Shown: positions 1 to 9,413 of the stretch, one piece after another
Position numbering within the stretch: the first letter of the stretch is position 1
Layout of the letters: each line of letters starts with the position of its first letter
DNA from: a virus
IMG/VR virus record: IMGVR_UViG_3300016469_000571
Coordinates: 30,556-94,555 of that record
DNA: 64,000 bases
Direction: 5' to 3' (one strand)
The notes under the pieces: generated by a model
What the model saw: the letters and a program-made list of their open reading frames with translations, nothing else
What the model was told of the DNA's origin: nothing
Databases searched by the model: none
Made by a program: the position numbers and the translations under genes

Positions 1-191
1 CTGGCTTTAGTGAATACACAGCAATACCAGCAACCAATTTAGGAGACCATACATCTTCTACAGCTAATACTATTTTTCAATACGCCCCTGGATTAACCCA
101 TGTTAAATCCAAATATGGATCTGGAGAAGTAAAACCAACAATAGATGCATCAACAGAAAGATATGCTGTTGATTTGCTGTATTCTGTTTAA
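1..191 (+). CDS. 3' end of a gene starting upstream of the window (...GFSEYTAIPATNLGDH...DLLYSV*), probably virion/fibre-associated
   Basis: Manual translation of the frame starting at nt 3 is open to TAA at 189-191; 45/62 aa are identical to the frame at 825-1013. Confidence 0.75.
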   Translation, partial: GFSEYTAIPATNLGDHTSSTANTIFQYAPGLTHVKSKYGSGEVKPTIDASTERYAVDLLYSV

Positions 192-724
192 GAAGCGTTT
201 AATCTTTGAAATTCAACAACACATTCTGCTTTTCTATCATCAGATCCAAATGCATCGACAACAACTGATAATTCATTTGATACAACAGAAATTGTAATTG
301 ACCAGCCAGTTGAATTGTCTAAATTAGTACTTGAGGTTTGATTTATAGATAAAACCCCTGCTTCTTGACTTATTAAACATTTTCTTTCAAAATAAGCTCT
401 TGTTTTTGTTCCAGTTGTATTAACTATTAAAATTTTTAATGTACACAAACATGAATCATCATCATTTATAGACAATTTACTATTATCTGGTAGTAATAAA
501 TCTATAGAGCCACCAGCAGCAGCATTTCCTGTTAATAAATAATTTTCTAAATTATTTACTTTGCTCCAATATGAACCATTACTTATATAAAGTTTTTCAC
601 TTATATTTCCATCTGATCTTAAATAAATAGATCCAGATGATTCTGAAGAGGTTGGATATCCGGTTCCAGCAGATATAGTTATTCCACTAGTTCCTATAAA
701 AAATGGATTATCTGTAGATGGTGC
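188..724 (-). pseudogene. Start-less reading frame paralogous to residues ~52-108 of the 1045..2301 protein, followed by a different C-terminus (silent cassette or gene fragment)
   Basis: The track ORF 188..475 extends without stops to 724 (APSTDNPFFIGTSGITISAG...GSIYLRSDGNISEKLYISNGSYWSKVNN, versus PSAENPFSIGTSGVTIEAG...GSLYLRYGGTINEKIYVTDGVSWQLVNN). In-frame TAA at 725-727; no in-frame ATG. Confidence 0.75.
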
Positions 725-1013
725 TTATTCATTATCATTTTCTTCATCATATACACTATCAGGATCAGATTTAAGACAATACTTATATATTGGACTGTAT
801 AATCAAACTACACAAGGATTAACAGGATTTAGTGAGTATACTGCAATACCGGCATCAAATTTAGGAGATCATACCAATTTTACAGGAAATACTAAATTTC
901 AATATACAAATGGATTAAGCTATGTAAACCCAGTATATGGATCTGGAGAAGTAAAACCAACTTTTATTGCTTTAACTGAGATTTATCCAGTAGATTTATT
1001 ATATTCAGTGTAA
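714..1013 (+). pseudogene. Start-less C-terminal fragment paralogous to the gene ending at 191
   Basis: Frame is open 627-1013 with no ATG/TTG and a GTG only as its last codon; reads VDGAYSLSF...GFSEYTAIPASNLGDH...DLLYSV*. The left boundary is approximate. Confidence 0.7.
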
Positions 1014-1044
1014 TTATTAATATAAAACTATATATTAAGGAAAT

Positions 1045-2301
1045 ATGGCTGATTCATTAACTGCAATAAATAATTTAAGAGATTCCGTAATTGCTATAGA
1101 AAAAGAGCTTGGAGTAAATCCTAAAAAAGTTTATTCTACTGTAAGAGCTAGACTGGATATCTTAGAGAATAGAATAAATAATCCAACAACACCAACACCT
1201 TCTGCCGAAAATCCTTTTTCTATTGGAACATCAGGAGTAACAATAGAGGCTGGGGAAGATGAGCCAACAACTCTTGCATTTCCAGGGTCTTTGTATTTAA
1301 GATATGGTGGAACTATTAATGAAAAAATTTATGTTACTGATGGAGTGTCATGGCAGTTAGTTAATAATTCATCTGTATCTGATGCAACAAATTTAATAAA
1401 AGGAATAATACAATTAACAAATGATTTGGGAGGTACAGCAACCTCTCCGAGCGTTGTTGGATTGCAAGGCAGATCTGTAAAAAATCAAGCTCCTAATAAT
1501 GGAGAAGTTTTGACTTGGGATTCTGTTAATTCAGAATGGATACCATCTCCAACTGCCGGATCTGTTCCGGATGCAGATAGTTCAACAAAAGGAATAATTC
1601 AACTAACAGCAGATTTAAGCGGAACAGCCGCTTCTCCAAAAGTAGTTGCTATTCAAAACAGAAATGTTAAAGATCAAGCCCCAAATAATGGAGAGCTTTT
1701 AATATGGAATTCTTTAAATAGTGAATGGACTCCTGGAGTTGTTCAAGACGCAGATGCATCTACAAAAGGATTAATACAATTATCTTTAGACATATCTGGA
1801 ACAGCAGATTCTCCTTTAGTATCTGGAATACTTGGATTTCCAATACTAGGAGAAGTATATAATGGCTATGGAATATGCTTTAATGAGCCAGATAATGAAT
1901 GGAATAATGTATTTATAGATGGATACTCTAATTTAGCTTTGTTTTCCGGAGTAGAAACTATTATAGGATCTGGATCAGAATCTTATAATAGTATAGGCGT
2001 ATTGCAAATCAATGCAGATGAATATGGTCAAAGTCCTACTTTTATATTTGAAGCTATATTTCAAGCAACATCAGGAGAAATAGCAGAGGTTAGATTATAC
2101 AATCTAACCGATGGCGCACCAGTATCAGGTTCTTTATTATCAACCTCTTCAAATATTTTTGAATATAATTCAGCAATTCTTACTTTATCAGGAAACAAAT
2201 TATATGAAGCTCAATGTAGAATAACAAATCCAACACCAGGAGTATCTGATGGTATAATTTGTGGTAATATTAATATAAGAGTTAAACTAAGAAACTTCTA
2301 A
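1045..2301 (+). CDS. Putative tail fibre / virion appendage protein with internal repeats
   Basis: AAGGA RBS; N-terminal heptad-like segment; three DAxxxxKG(I/L)IQLxxD(L/I)xGTAxSPxV repeats typical of fibre shafts. Confidence 0.65.
   Translation: MADSLTAINNLRDSVIAIEKELGVNPKKVYSTVRARLDILENRINNPTTPTPSAENPFSIGTSGVTIEAGEDEPTTLAFPGSLYLRYGGTINEKIYVTDGVSWQLVNNSSVSDATNLIKGIIQLTNDLGGTATSPSVVGLQGRSVKNQAPNNGEVLTWDSVNSEWIPSPTAGSVPDADSSTKGIIQLTADLSGTAASPKVVAIQNRNVKDQAPNNGELLIWNSLNSEWTPGVVQDADASTKGLIQLSLDISGTADSPLVSGILGFPILGEVYNGYGICFNEPDNEWNNVFIDGYSNLALFSGVETIIGSGSESYNSIGVLQINADEYGQSPTFIFEAIFQATSGEIAEVRLYNLTDGAPVSGSLLSTSSNIFEYNSAILTLSGNKLYEAQCRITNPTPGVSDGIICGNINIRVKLRNF
1381..1830 (+). repeat. Intragenic degenerate tandem repeat, ~2.5 units (starts 1381, 1570, 1747)
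   Basis: Repeated DA..KGIIQL..DL.GTA.SP.VV..Q.R.VK.QAPNNGE.L.W.S.NSEW.P; periods 189 and 177 nt. Confidence 0.9.
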
Positions 2302-2307
2302 GGTAAA

Positions 2308-3657
2308 ATGGCAAATGCTTATTTTTTAAATCATACAATAGATACAAGCACAACTAATAATTATTTTAATGTAATATGGAAATTAACAAGGGCAATGAAA
2401 TCTTCTGGTTGGACTACTGTATATCATTCAGATGGTGTTACAAAATCAAATACTGGTGATAGTTGGGGTGTTAACGTCAATCCAGCAGATGATACATATC
2501 CTGCTTTTAACTCCGCGGCTGCTTGGATCGTTATGAGAGGACCAAGCACAATAAAGCTAAACTTTACTACTGCTCCAGGCAATCTTGTACGAGGTGAAAG
2601 CATTACACAAGCTGTTAGCGGGGCTACAGGAGAATTATTAGGAATAGTTTGGGACGGGTCTACTGGCTGGGCTGTAGTAATGCCTAGAACTGGAACATTT
2701 GACGCAACAAATGTAATTACTGGTGGAATAAGTGGACAAACATTTACTCCAACATCAGTTCAAACTTATGTTCGTGAATTTATGTTTGCAAAATCAAGTG
2801 CAAACGTAACTTCAGGAACGATATATTACATTTGTGCAGAACAAACATCAGAATCAACTTCTTTATTTAGCACTCTTGCGGCTTCTGCTGGTTGTACCGC
2901 GACCATACCTCCTGGTTCTGGAGGTACAGGCAATTCTTTTCCATCTATAGGAGTTTGTTGTAAAGGTGCTGCGGGTTCTGTCTCACATAATTCTTTTTTT
3001 GTAAACAGTGGTATAGGAACATATGCTAATCTTTTAGCAGCAAATGCAACCCCAAGCTCAGGAATTTCAGCAGATGGTAGTTTTTGGTCTTTACCACAAA
3101 CTACATCAAGTCAAAGTTTAGCTTTTGGATTTGTTAGAGTTGAAGATTCTGAACCTGGAGATGTTGATCCATATGTAATATTTACCATGTCAAATACAAC
3201 ACCAACTACTTACACAAATAATACAACAGTAGGTGGAGCGGCTTTATTTACATTAGCCTCATATTTTTCATATATATCTTCAACAAACTCAATACAATTA
3301 TTCTGGGTTGGATATGTTGCTAGAGGTGTCGGTCAACCTACAAGAGAAAAGGCTGTCGCTTGGGTTGCATTAGCAACAAATTCTACTTACGTAAATACTG
3401 GGGTTAATACAAAACTATCTAACTATCCTGGAGCTGATTCTGTAACTCCTTATTTAAGGGAGTTTCCTTTATTAATTTCAAATAGAACCACAGAGGTTTG
3501 GCATAAAGGAAGACCAAGATGGTATTTTTACAGTACTGTTGGCGCTCATATGGATACATTAGATAGTAAAAGATTTGTTGTTATTTCTGCTAGAAATGGA
3601 AACACAAATCCTTCTTTTTGTGTTGGACCTTGGGATGGATCAACAAACCCACTATAA
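2308..3657 (+). CDS. Hypothetical T/S/G-rich virion structural protein
   Basis: 449-aa ORF with beta-rich composition, in an operon with the fibre-like gene. Confidence 0.55.
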   Translation: MANAYFLNHTIDTSTTNNYFNVIWKLTRAMKSSGWTTVYHSDGVTKSNTGDSWGVNVNPADDTYPAFNSAAAWIVMRGPSTIKLNFTTAPGNLVRGESITQAVSGATGELLGIVWDGSTGWAVVMPRTGTFDATNVITGGISGQTFTPTSVQTYVREFMFAKSSANVTSGTIYYICAEQTSESTSLFSTLAASAGCTATIPPGSGGTGNSFPSIGVCCKGAAGSVSHNSFFVNSGIGTYANLLAANATPSSGISADGSFWSLPQTTSSQSLAFGFVRVEDSEPGDVDPYVIFTMSNTTPTTYTNNTTVGGAALFTLASYFSYISSTNSIQLFWVGYVARGVGQPTREKAVAWVALATNSTYVNTGVNTKLSNYPGADSVTPYLREFPLLISNRTTEVWHKGRPRWYFYSTVGAHMDTLDSKRFVVISARNGNTNPSFCVGPWDGSTNPL

Positions 3658-3666
3658 TAGGATAAA

Positions 3667-4032
3667 ATGGCTGAATTAGGATTATCTGGCAGTACTACAG
3701 GTCAAGGCTCAACAACATTAGCTACAGGAGATTTAGGATTCAGAGAAGGTAGCTCCACATTTAAATATCAAAGCGATGCTATTAATATTAGAGATTATTT
3801 TGATAAATATGTTATAGATCCTAAATTTTCTGTTAATATAGAAAGCGTTCCTATAAGTCAGCCAGTAACATATTTTGTAATGAGAGGGTTAGATCCAGAC
3901 TGCATTACAGTAACATATAGATTTTGGACAGTATCAGGATCTCCAGACCTAAGCGGAGCTAGCTATTCTGGTCCTAAATGTGGCGTAAGCTCATTAACAG
4001 ATATCGTTGTTGTTCATAGATATACTATTTAA
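3667..4032 (+). CDS. Hypothetical protein
   Basis: AGGA RBS; 121 aa; stop overlaps the convergent gene. Confidence 0.7.
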   Translation: MAELGLSGSTTGQGSTTLATGDLGFREGSSTFKYQSDAINIRDYFDKYVIDPKFSVNIESVPISQPVTYFVMRGLDPDCITVTYRFWTVSGSPDLSGASYSGPKCGVSSLTDIVVVHRYTI

Positions 4033-4574
4033 ATTTTTGATAAAACAGTATCGACCAACATAATTCTTTCTTGCATATTTGCTGTATTAATAGGAATATA
4101 TTTTATATTTTCAAATTCAAATAAACATTTAATCATTGCATCAATTGTAATTACACCTTCCCAAGTTAACTCTTCTCTTACTCCATCTTGGGCTAATGTT
4201 TCTTTAGCTGGTCTAACAAAAAATACAATAGAATCTTTATTATTTAAAGATTTTACATATTGTTTGTACTCTTCTGTTTCTTTTATTGTGCTTAAAATAT
4301 TTGTATGATTAGCAGTATATGCTAAACAATCAATAGATCTATCTGAAACAAAAGAGCTATGTTTTTGCTCTTCAAGTAATTGTCTAAAAAATATAGCTTC
4401 TTGAAATGAATTAGCTACATTGATATCAGTTCTTAAAGTTTTTAGATTTAATTCTCTTTCCGATAAAATAGATCTAGCAACTTCTGTAATCATTGGAAGG
4501 TTATATTTTTGAGAAATATATCTGGCTAATGTTGTTTTACCTACGCTATGACTTCCTGCTAAATAAACTTTCAT
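4029..4574 (-). CDS. P-loop kinase, AAA_28/NadR-like nucleoside or nucleotide kinase
   Basis: GSHSVGKTT Walker A, EVAR and SDRSxDxLAY motifs. Confidence 0.75.
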   Translation of the reverse strand: MKVYLAGSHSVGKTTLARYISQKYNLPMITEVARSILSERELNLKTLRTDINVANSFQEAIFFRQLLEEQKHSSFVSDRSIDCLAYTANHTNILSTIKETEEYKQYVKSLNNKDSIVFFVRPAKETLAQDGVREELTWEGVITIDAMIKCLFEFENIKYIPINTANMQERIMLVDTVLSKI

Positions 4575-4582
4575 ACTTTTCC

Positions 4583-4759
4583 TTAAGTTGTTTCAATTTC
4601 GTTTAATATTTTTTCAAATTCTTCTTTGCTAAGAAGAACAGAATTTACAATAAAAGATTGTTGATTATTTATTAAATTTCTTGCTGAAATTGTTAATTGA
4701 ATTTTTTCATTTATTTTTTTAATTTCTAAATAGCTACCATCTTTGTATTCAATCTTCAT
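4583..4759 (-). CDS. Small hypothetical protein (58 aa, MKIEYKDGSYLEIKK...), not in the ORF track
   Basis: Manual translation; fills the gap between co-oriented genes. Confidence 0.65.
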   Translation of the reverse strand: MKIEYKDGSYLEIKKINEKIQLTISARNLINNQQSFIVNSVLLSKEEFEKILNEIETT

Positions 4760-4919
4760 TATAGCCGCCTAATAATGCTATTATTTTTTCATTTTTTAAA
4801 ACAACACCTAATACTTTTGGATTTATTAATTTATAATCTGAAAAATATTTTAAAGCATCATTTAAATAATAAAACCTACATATCTGATAATTTTTTATAT
4901 TTAATTTTAATTCATACAT
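4749..4919 (-). CDS. Small hypothetical protein (likely start MYELKL)
   Basis: Track ORF 4749..4973; AGGA precedes the ATG at 4919. Confidence 0.6.
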   Translation of the reverse strand: MYELKLNIKNYQICRFYYLNDALKYFSDYKLINPKVLGVVLKNEKIIALLGGYNED

Positions 4920-4920
4920 T

Positions 4921-5694
4921 TTATCCTGTAATAATTTCTGGACCAGATTTGTGTAAATAAATTGTATGCTCAAAATGAGCGCTTAAGTCTTTTGTAACAA
5001 CTGTCCAATTATCTTGGAGAGTTTTTGTTTCATTTGAAAACCCTAGACAAAATAAAGGCTCTATAGCAAAAGACATTCCTTCTTGCAGTCTAATACCAGA
5101 ATCTTTATCACTTCGATTAGAAACAAATGGTGAGTCATGTGGCTTGTTCATTGATATAAAATGACCACCATATTTTTCTATTACTTGAAAATTATAAGTT
5201 TTTCCAGTTTTATAAATAGAGTGACCTATTACTCCTAATTTAGCGCCTACTTTAACTTTAGAAATAGCTTCTTTTAAAGCAAGTTCTGTATATTTTACAA
5301 GATCTTGTGCTTTTTTATTTTCTCCTATTATTATTGTAATAGCAGAATCAGCTATTGCTCCTTCAAACGTTGCTCCTAAATCAAAACTAACTACATCTCC
5401 ATTAAAAAATGGCTTATCTTTTGGTATTCCATGAACAAGCTCATTGTTCACAGATATACAAACTGCTTCTGGAAATCCATGAAAGCCTTTAAATGTAGGT
5501 TGGCATTTATTGTCTAATATAAAGGTCTCAATTAATTTTGAACAACCTAAACCAGTTCTTTTGTGTGCCTCTGTTTTCAAAATAGACAAAGCTTGAGAAA
5601 CAACTTTTCCGGCTATTCTTTGTTTCTCAAGCCATTCACTATTATGAATAACACACAAAAGATTATCAACATAACCTTTTGAATGTATTTTCAT
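4921..5694 (-). CDS. map: Methionine aminopeptidase type I
   Basis: CISVNNELVHGIP, SFDLG, IADSA, GGH, AIEP and SAHFEHT; the D,D,H,E,E metal ligands are present. Confidence 0.95.
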   Translation of the reverse strand: MKIHSKGYVDNLLCVIHNSEWLEKQRIAGKVVSQALSILKTEAHKRTGLGCSKLIETFILDNKCQPTFKGFHGFPEAVCISVNNELVHGIPKDKPFFNGDVVSFDLGATFEGAIADSAITIIIGENKKAQDLVKYTELALKEAISKVKVGAKLGVIGHSIYKTGKTYNFQVIEKYGGHFISMNKPHDSPFVSNRSDKDSGIRLQEGMSFAIEPLFCLGFSNETKTLQDNWTVVTKDLSAHFEHTIYLHKSGPEIITG

Positions 5695-5695
5695 A

Positions 5696-5878
5696 TTACT
5701 CTTTTTTTTCTTCTTTAAATTGATTTATAATCTCTTCATTTAATTTATTATCTAAATCAGATAAAACCTCAATTAATTTAAAAGATGTTTTTTTGTTTGT
5801 TTTTGGATTTTCTATTTGATAATAAATATAATTTCTTATATTTATTAAATCAGATATTTCACTTATTTTCTTTTTCAT
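5696..5878 (-). CDS. Hypothetical protein
   Basis: 60-aa ORF in a tightly packed operon. Confidence 0.6.
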   Translation of the reverse strand: MKKKISEISDLINIRNYIYYQIENPKTNKKTSFKLIEVLSDLDNKLNEEIINQFKEEKKE

Positions 5879-6059
5879 TTAGCACTACATTTCCTTCTGG
5901 AGTTATTACATGATTTACTGTTAATCCATTGTTAATATAAACATTTAATATTTTATTTGTATATTTTAACTCTGCAATTTCTAATTGCAATTGAGCTATT
6001 TTTTTTTCTAATGTAGCTACATCAATAATTGCTCTATCTTTATCTGAGATTTTTTCCAT
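5859..6059 (-). CDS. Hypothetical coiled-coil protein
   Basis: 66-aa ORF with AAGG RBS. Confidence 0.65.
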   Translation of the reverse strand: MEKISDKDRAIIDVATLEKKIAQLQLEIAELKYTNKILNVYINNGLTVNHVITPEGNVVLNEKENK

Positions 6060-6065
6060 TTTACC

Positions 6066-7343
6066 TTATAATAATTTAGCAGCCTCGGTTGCCAATCTGG
6101 ATCTTTCACCTTTCATCAAAGTTACGTTTCCAAATATTTTAGAACCTTTGAAAGCTTTTATAACTTTAGATAAGCCGTTGTTCATTATATTTAGATTTTT
6201 TGAATCTATTTGATTAGCATCTCCAGTTAATACTATTTTGGTGCCATTTCCTGCTCTTGTTAGTAATGTTTTTATTTCGTGTTCGGAAAAGTTTTGAGCC
6301 TCATCAACAATAATAAAAGCATTTGGAATAGATCTACCTCTAGCAAATGTAATCAAATCTAATTCTATTTTACCTTTATTTACATACATTTCAAAATCTT
6401 TTTTCCATGTTTGACCTCTATCTTTGCTAGAGAATAGTAGCTCCATAGAATCCATAATTGCTGCAAAGTGTGGGTTTTTCTTTTCTTCCAAATCTCCTGG
6501 TAAAAATCCTATGTCATTTCCTACAACTTCAACAGGTCGATAAATAATTAACTTATCATAAGATTTATGATTTAAAACAGCTTCTAAGCCACAAGCTAAA
6601 ACACATAAGCTTTTACCTGAACCAGCAACACCTAAAGCAGTTACAAGCTCTACGCTTTTGTCTAAAGATAATTCCATTAAGCATAATTGATCTTTATTTC
6701 TTGGAGTTAAATTCCAAGGCTTATGATCTCTTACTAGTTTTAATTTACCATTTGCCATTTTTCTTGATAATCCATAATTTTTCTCTGAATTATCATTAAA
6801 TAATATAAATGAGTTTGTATCTAGTTCAAAAGGATCATCTACAGAACCATTTGATTGAAGTTCAACGCCTATAGTATAATCATCTGAATATTTCATATGA
6901 TTATTTAAATCTAAAAATGATATAGATTTTGTTCTATTAACCGCAGACATTTCAAATGCTTTTGCTTTAATTCTTAAATTAATATCTGCTGTAACTATAC
7001 ATACTTCTTTACCAGATAATCTTTGAATTTTAAAAGCACAGGATAAGATTTTATTATCTCCATATTTCATGTCTTGTAATAGATTTTCATCAAAATCAAA
7101 ATCTATTTTTATTCTAGAGTTTTTCTGTATGCTTACATTTGATTCTTTAGAGTCTGTAAAAATCTCATCTAAAACTCTAATTGCAGCTCTAGCATTTTGA
7201 GATACTTCTCCTTGGTATTTTTTTAATTTATCCAATTCTTCTAAAACTACATATGGAATAACAATTTGACAATCTTCAAATGAATATACAAGAGTTGGGT
7301 CTTCAACTAAAGCAGATGTGTCAAGTACGTAGATTTTGTTCAT
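6066..7343 (-). CDS. phoH: PIN-PhoH (PhoH2) family protein
   Basis: N-terminal PIN domain (VLDTS, VLEELD, DNKIL, TADINL) plus PhoH ATPase (GVAGSGKS, GFLPG, RGRS, DEAQN, GDxxQID). Confidence 0.93.
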   Translation of the reverse strand: MNKIYVLDTSALVEDPTLVYSFEDCQIVIPYVVLEELDKLKKYQGEVSQNARAAIRVLDEIFTDSKESNVSIQKNSRIKIDFDFDENLLQDMKYGDNKILSCAFKIQRLSGKEVCIVTADINLRIKAKAFEMSAVNRTKSISFLDLNNHMKYSDDYTIGVELQSNGSVDDPFELDTNSFILFNDNSEKNYGLSRKMANGKLKLVRDHKPWNLTPRNKDQLCLMELSLDKSVELVTALGVAGSGKSLCVLACGLEAVLNHKSYDKLIIYRPVEVVGNDIGFLPGDLEEKKNPHFAAIMDSMELLFSSKDRGQTWKKDFEMYVNKGKIELDLITFARGRSIPNAFIIVDEAQNFSEHEIKTLLTRAGNGTKIVLTGDANQIDSKNLNIMNNGLSKVIKAFKGSKIFGNVTLMKGERSRLATEAAKLL

Positions 7344-7351
7344 TAATGTCC

Positions 7352-7408
7352 TTTGAAAAAGAAAAAGATCCCTAACATTTTTCTATAATTATATGTTAAG
7401 GATCTTTT
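7352..7408 (-). terminator. Stem-loop with U-rich tail just upstream of phoH (terminator or attenuator)
   Basis: Minus strand AAAAGATCCTTAACAT-N14-ATGTTAGGGATCTTTT (16-bp stem, one G-U pair), then TCTTTTT. Confidence 0.6.
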
Positions 7409-7474
7409 AAGCTCATATTACTTTCATATGAAAAGTGATTTTATTACAGCAGGAATTATTTTATATATATGGCA

Positions 7475-7813
7475 TCACAAAATTGTATTAAATTCTATAA
7501 CGGCTTCTATATATATTTGATTTTTTCTATCAATTTCTGATAAATCTTTTTTTATTTTATAAAAAGGCTTTATCATTCTAGCTATTTCTTTATTTTCAAA
7601 GTATACAACAAAATCATCCTCGTCAAGGACTTTTAAGTTATTCTTTTTAAGAATTTCTTTTATTTTAATTTTATTATCAATGGTATCTTGATCAAACAAA
7701 CTACTTACATTTAATTCTAATGCTTCTAGAATTGATTTTAGAAATTTATTTTTTTCTTCTTTTTCAAAAGATTGCTTATCTTCTGACATGTTTAAAAAAT
7801 ATGTTTGCTTCAT
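7475..7813 (-). CDS. Hypothetical protein
   Basis: 112-aa ORF. Confidence 0.7.
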   Translation of the reverse strand: MKQTYFLNMSEDKQSFEKEEKNKFLKSILEALELNVSSLFDQDTIDNKIKIKEILKKNNLKVLDEDDFVVYFENKEIARMIKPFYKIKKDLSEIDRKNQIYIEAVIEFNTIL

Positions 7814-7828
7814 TAATTATATTTTTAT

Positions 7829-8476
7829 TTATGAAGAGCACATAACACATGCTTCTGGATTATCTAAAGAACATGCAAGCTCTTCTTGATTTTGAAGCTG
7901 TTTATTTTTTAATTCATCTTCTATTTTTCTATCTACTGTGAATTTTTGAGCACCCTTGTTTTGAGTTCTAGTATAATACACAATTGTTTTCAATCCTTTT
8001 TTCCATCCATAAAAATAAGCCGAAGTTAGTTTTGCAAATGTAGGGTCTTTAAAATAAAGATTTAAAGATTGTGATTGACATATAAATGCACCACGATCAG
8101 CAGACATGTCTATTAATGTTTTTTGAGACATTTCCCATACTGTTTTGTATAAAGATTTTAAATTATCTGGTATTTCATCAATGTTTTGAATTGATCCCTC
8201 GGATGCAATAATTTTTTGTCTTATTGTATCATCCCATAAATTTAAATCAATTAAATCATCTACTAGATATTTATTTATCATAATAAATTCTCCAGAAGAA
8301 GTTGATCTTTTATATAAATTGGATGTAATTGCTTCAAAACACTCTGTATTTCCCATGATTTGACTTGTATTATGAGAAACAACACCATTTGATAGCAAAT
8401 ATTGATGATTTTCATTCACTTCCAAATCCCATGTTGGAATCGCCTCTTGCAATTTTTTTATTGATTTTATTTTCAT
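7829..8476 (-). CDS. nrdA: RNR class Ia alpha, part 3: split-intein C half 2 (36 aa) plus C-terminal extein
   Basis: AAGGA RBS before ATG 8476; MKIKSIKK...TWDLEV..NHQY..NGVVSHN|[12 protein letters not shown]; [10 protein letters not shown] pair and terminal CVMC. Confidence 0.93.
   Translation of the reverse strand: MKIKSIKKLQEAIPTWDLEVNENHQYLLSNGVVSHNTSQIMGNTECFEAITSNLYKRSTSSGEFIMINKYLVDDLIDLNLWDDTIRQKIIASEGSIQNIDEIPDNLKSLYKTVWEMSQKTLIDMSADRGAFICQSQSLNLYFKDPTFAKLTSAYFYGWKKGLKTIVYYTRTQNKGAQKFTVDRKIEDELKNKQLQNQEELACSLDNPEACVMCSS
8369..8476 (-). mobile_element. Split intein 2, C-terminal half
   Basis: Intein blocks F/G ending His-Asn, followed by Thr+1. Confidence 0.9.
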
Positions 8477-9368
8477 ATTCAATTCCTTTTTTTAATAAGC
8501 TTTTATTTATTACTTCTAATGACTCTTCGTCTGTAAAACTTTCCCAAATTATATAATAATCAAAACCTTTAGATTCTGCTAAATCTTTTTTTTCTTTATC
8601 TAATAAGTATACGGCGTTTGCATCTAATTGAACTTCTTTTTTTGAAAAAGAAAATCTTTTCCATTCAGACCATTCTTTGGAATTTAACTTTGATGGATTT
8701 GGATGAAACTTTTCACCATTATACTCAATAATAATTTTTAAATCAGGTATAGTAAAATCGTAATAACTTAATCGCTTTTTTTCTTTATTATAAATATAAT
8801 ACTCTTTATTTTCTTTAAAACCAAAGAAATGTTTTATGTTTTTTTGTTTTAAAAAACAAGATAATGGCTCAAAATATCTTAAAGATTTTTTAGAGGCATT
8901 GCAAAACTGAACTTTTTTCTTATTTAAGATTTGTTCTACTTTTACAATTGCCTCATCACTTGAATATCCTTTTTTTATCCAAAAATCTACTGATGATGTA
9001 TTTAAATTTTTTTCATAAAATTCTTTTCTTTTTAATTCAGCCTCTTCTTTAGAAAATCCTTTATTTATCCAATAGCTAGAATTAAAAACAGTATTTTTAG
9101 ATTTTTTATTTTTATATTCACTCCATTTTATTTTACCTAAATCATGCCCATATTTTTCAATATATTTTTCCTCTGTATGTTTTGATGTGTTTTGAAAAAG
9201 TCTAAATTTTTTTAGACCTTCTTCTTCTCCATATTTTTTTATAAAATTTTCTTTAGATGTTGCTTTAGATTTTTTATATTCTATTATTTTAATATTAGCC
9301 TCTTCTAAGCTAATATTATCTCTTTTTGAAATATAAATTGGATCATAAACACTATTTTTAACTTTCAT
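8412..9368 (-). CDS. Free-standing Vsr-like (PD-(D/E)XK-related) putative homing endonuclease with N-terminal repeats
   Basis: YDF...[11 protein letters not shown]...DKEK..LAESKGF.YYIIWE; repeats (F/Y)IxKYG and WIxKG(F/Y)SxxEA; lies between the intein halves. Confidence 0.8.
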   Translation of the reverse strand: MKVKNSVYDPIYISKRDNISLEEANIKIIEYKKSKATSKENFIKKYGEEEGLKKFRLFQNTSKHTEEKYIEKYGHDLGKIKWSEYKNKKSKNTVFNSSYWINKGFSKEEAELKRKEFYEKNLNTSSVDFWIKKGYSSDEAIVKVEQILNKKKVQFCNASKKSLRYFEPLSCFLKQKNIKHFFGFKENKEYYIYNKEKKRLSYYDFTIPDLKIIIEYNGEKFHPNPSKLNSKEWSEWKRFSFSKKEVQLDANAVYLLDKEKKDLAESKGFDYYIIWESFTDEESLEVINKSLLKKGIEYENKINKKIARGDSNMGFGSE

Positions 9369-9413
9369 AAAAGCTATATAGCATTATAGCTAACATCAAT
9401 AAATAAAAAAAAA

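Noticed and set aside
1-1013. Repeat 1-191 / 823-1013 as a DGR variable/template repeat pair
   Set aside because: Differences are not adenine-specific (many synonymous C/T and other changes), and there is no reverse transcriptase in the window.
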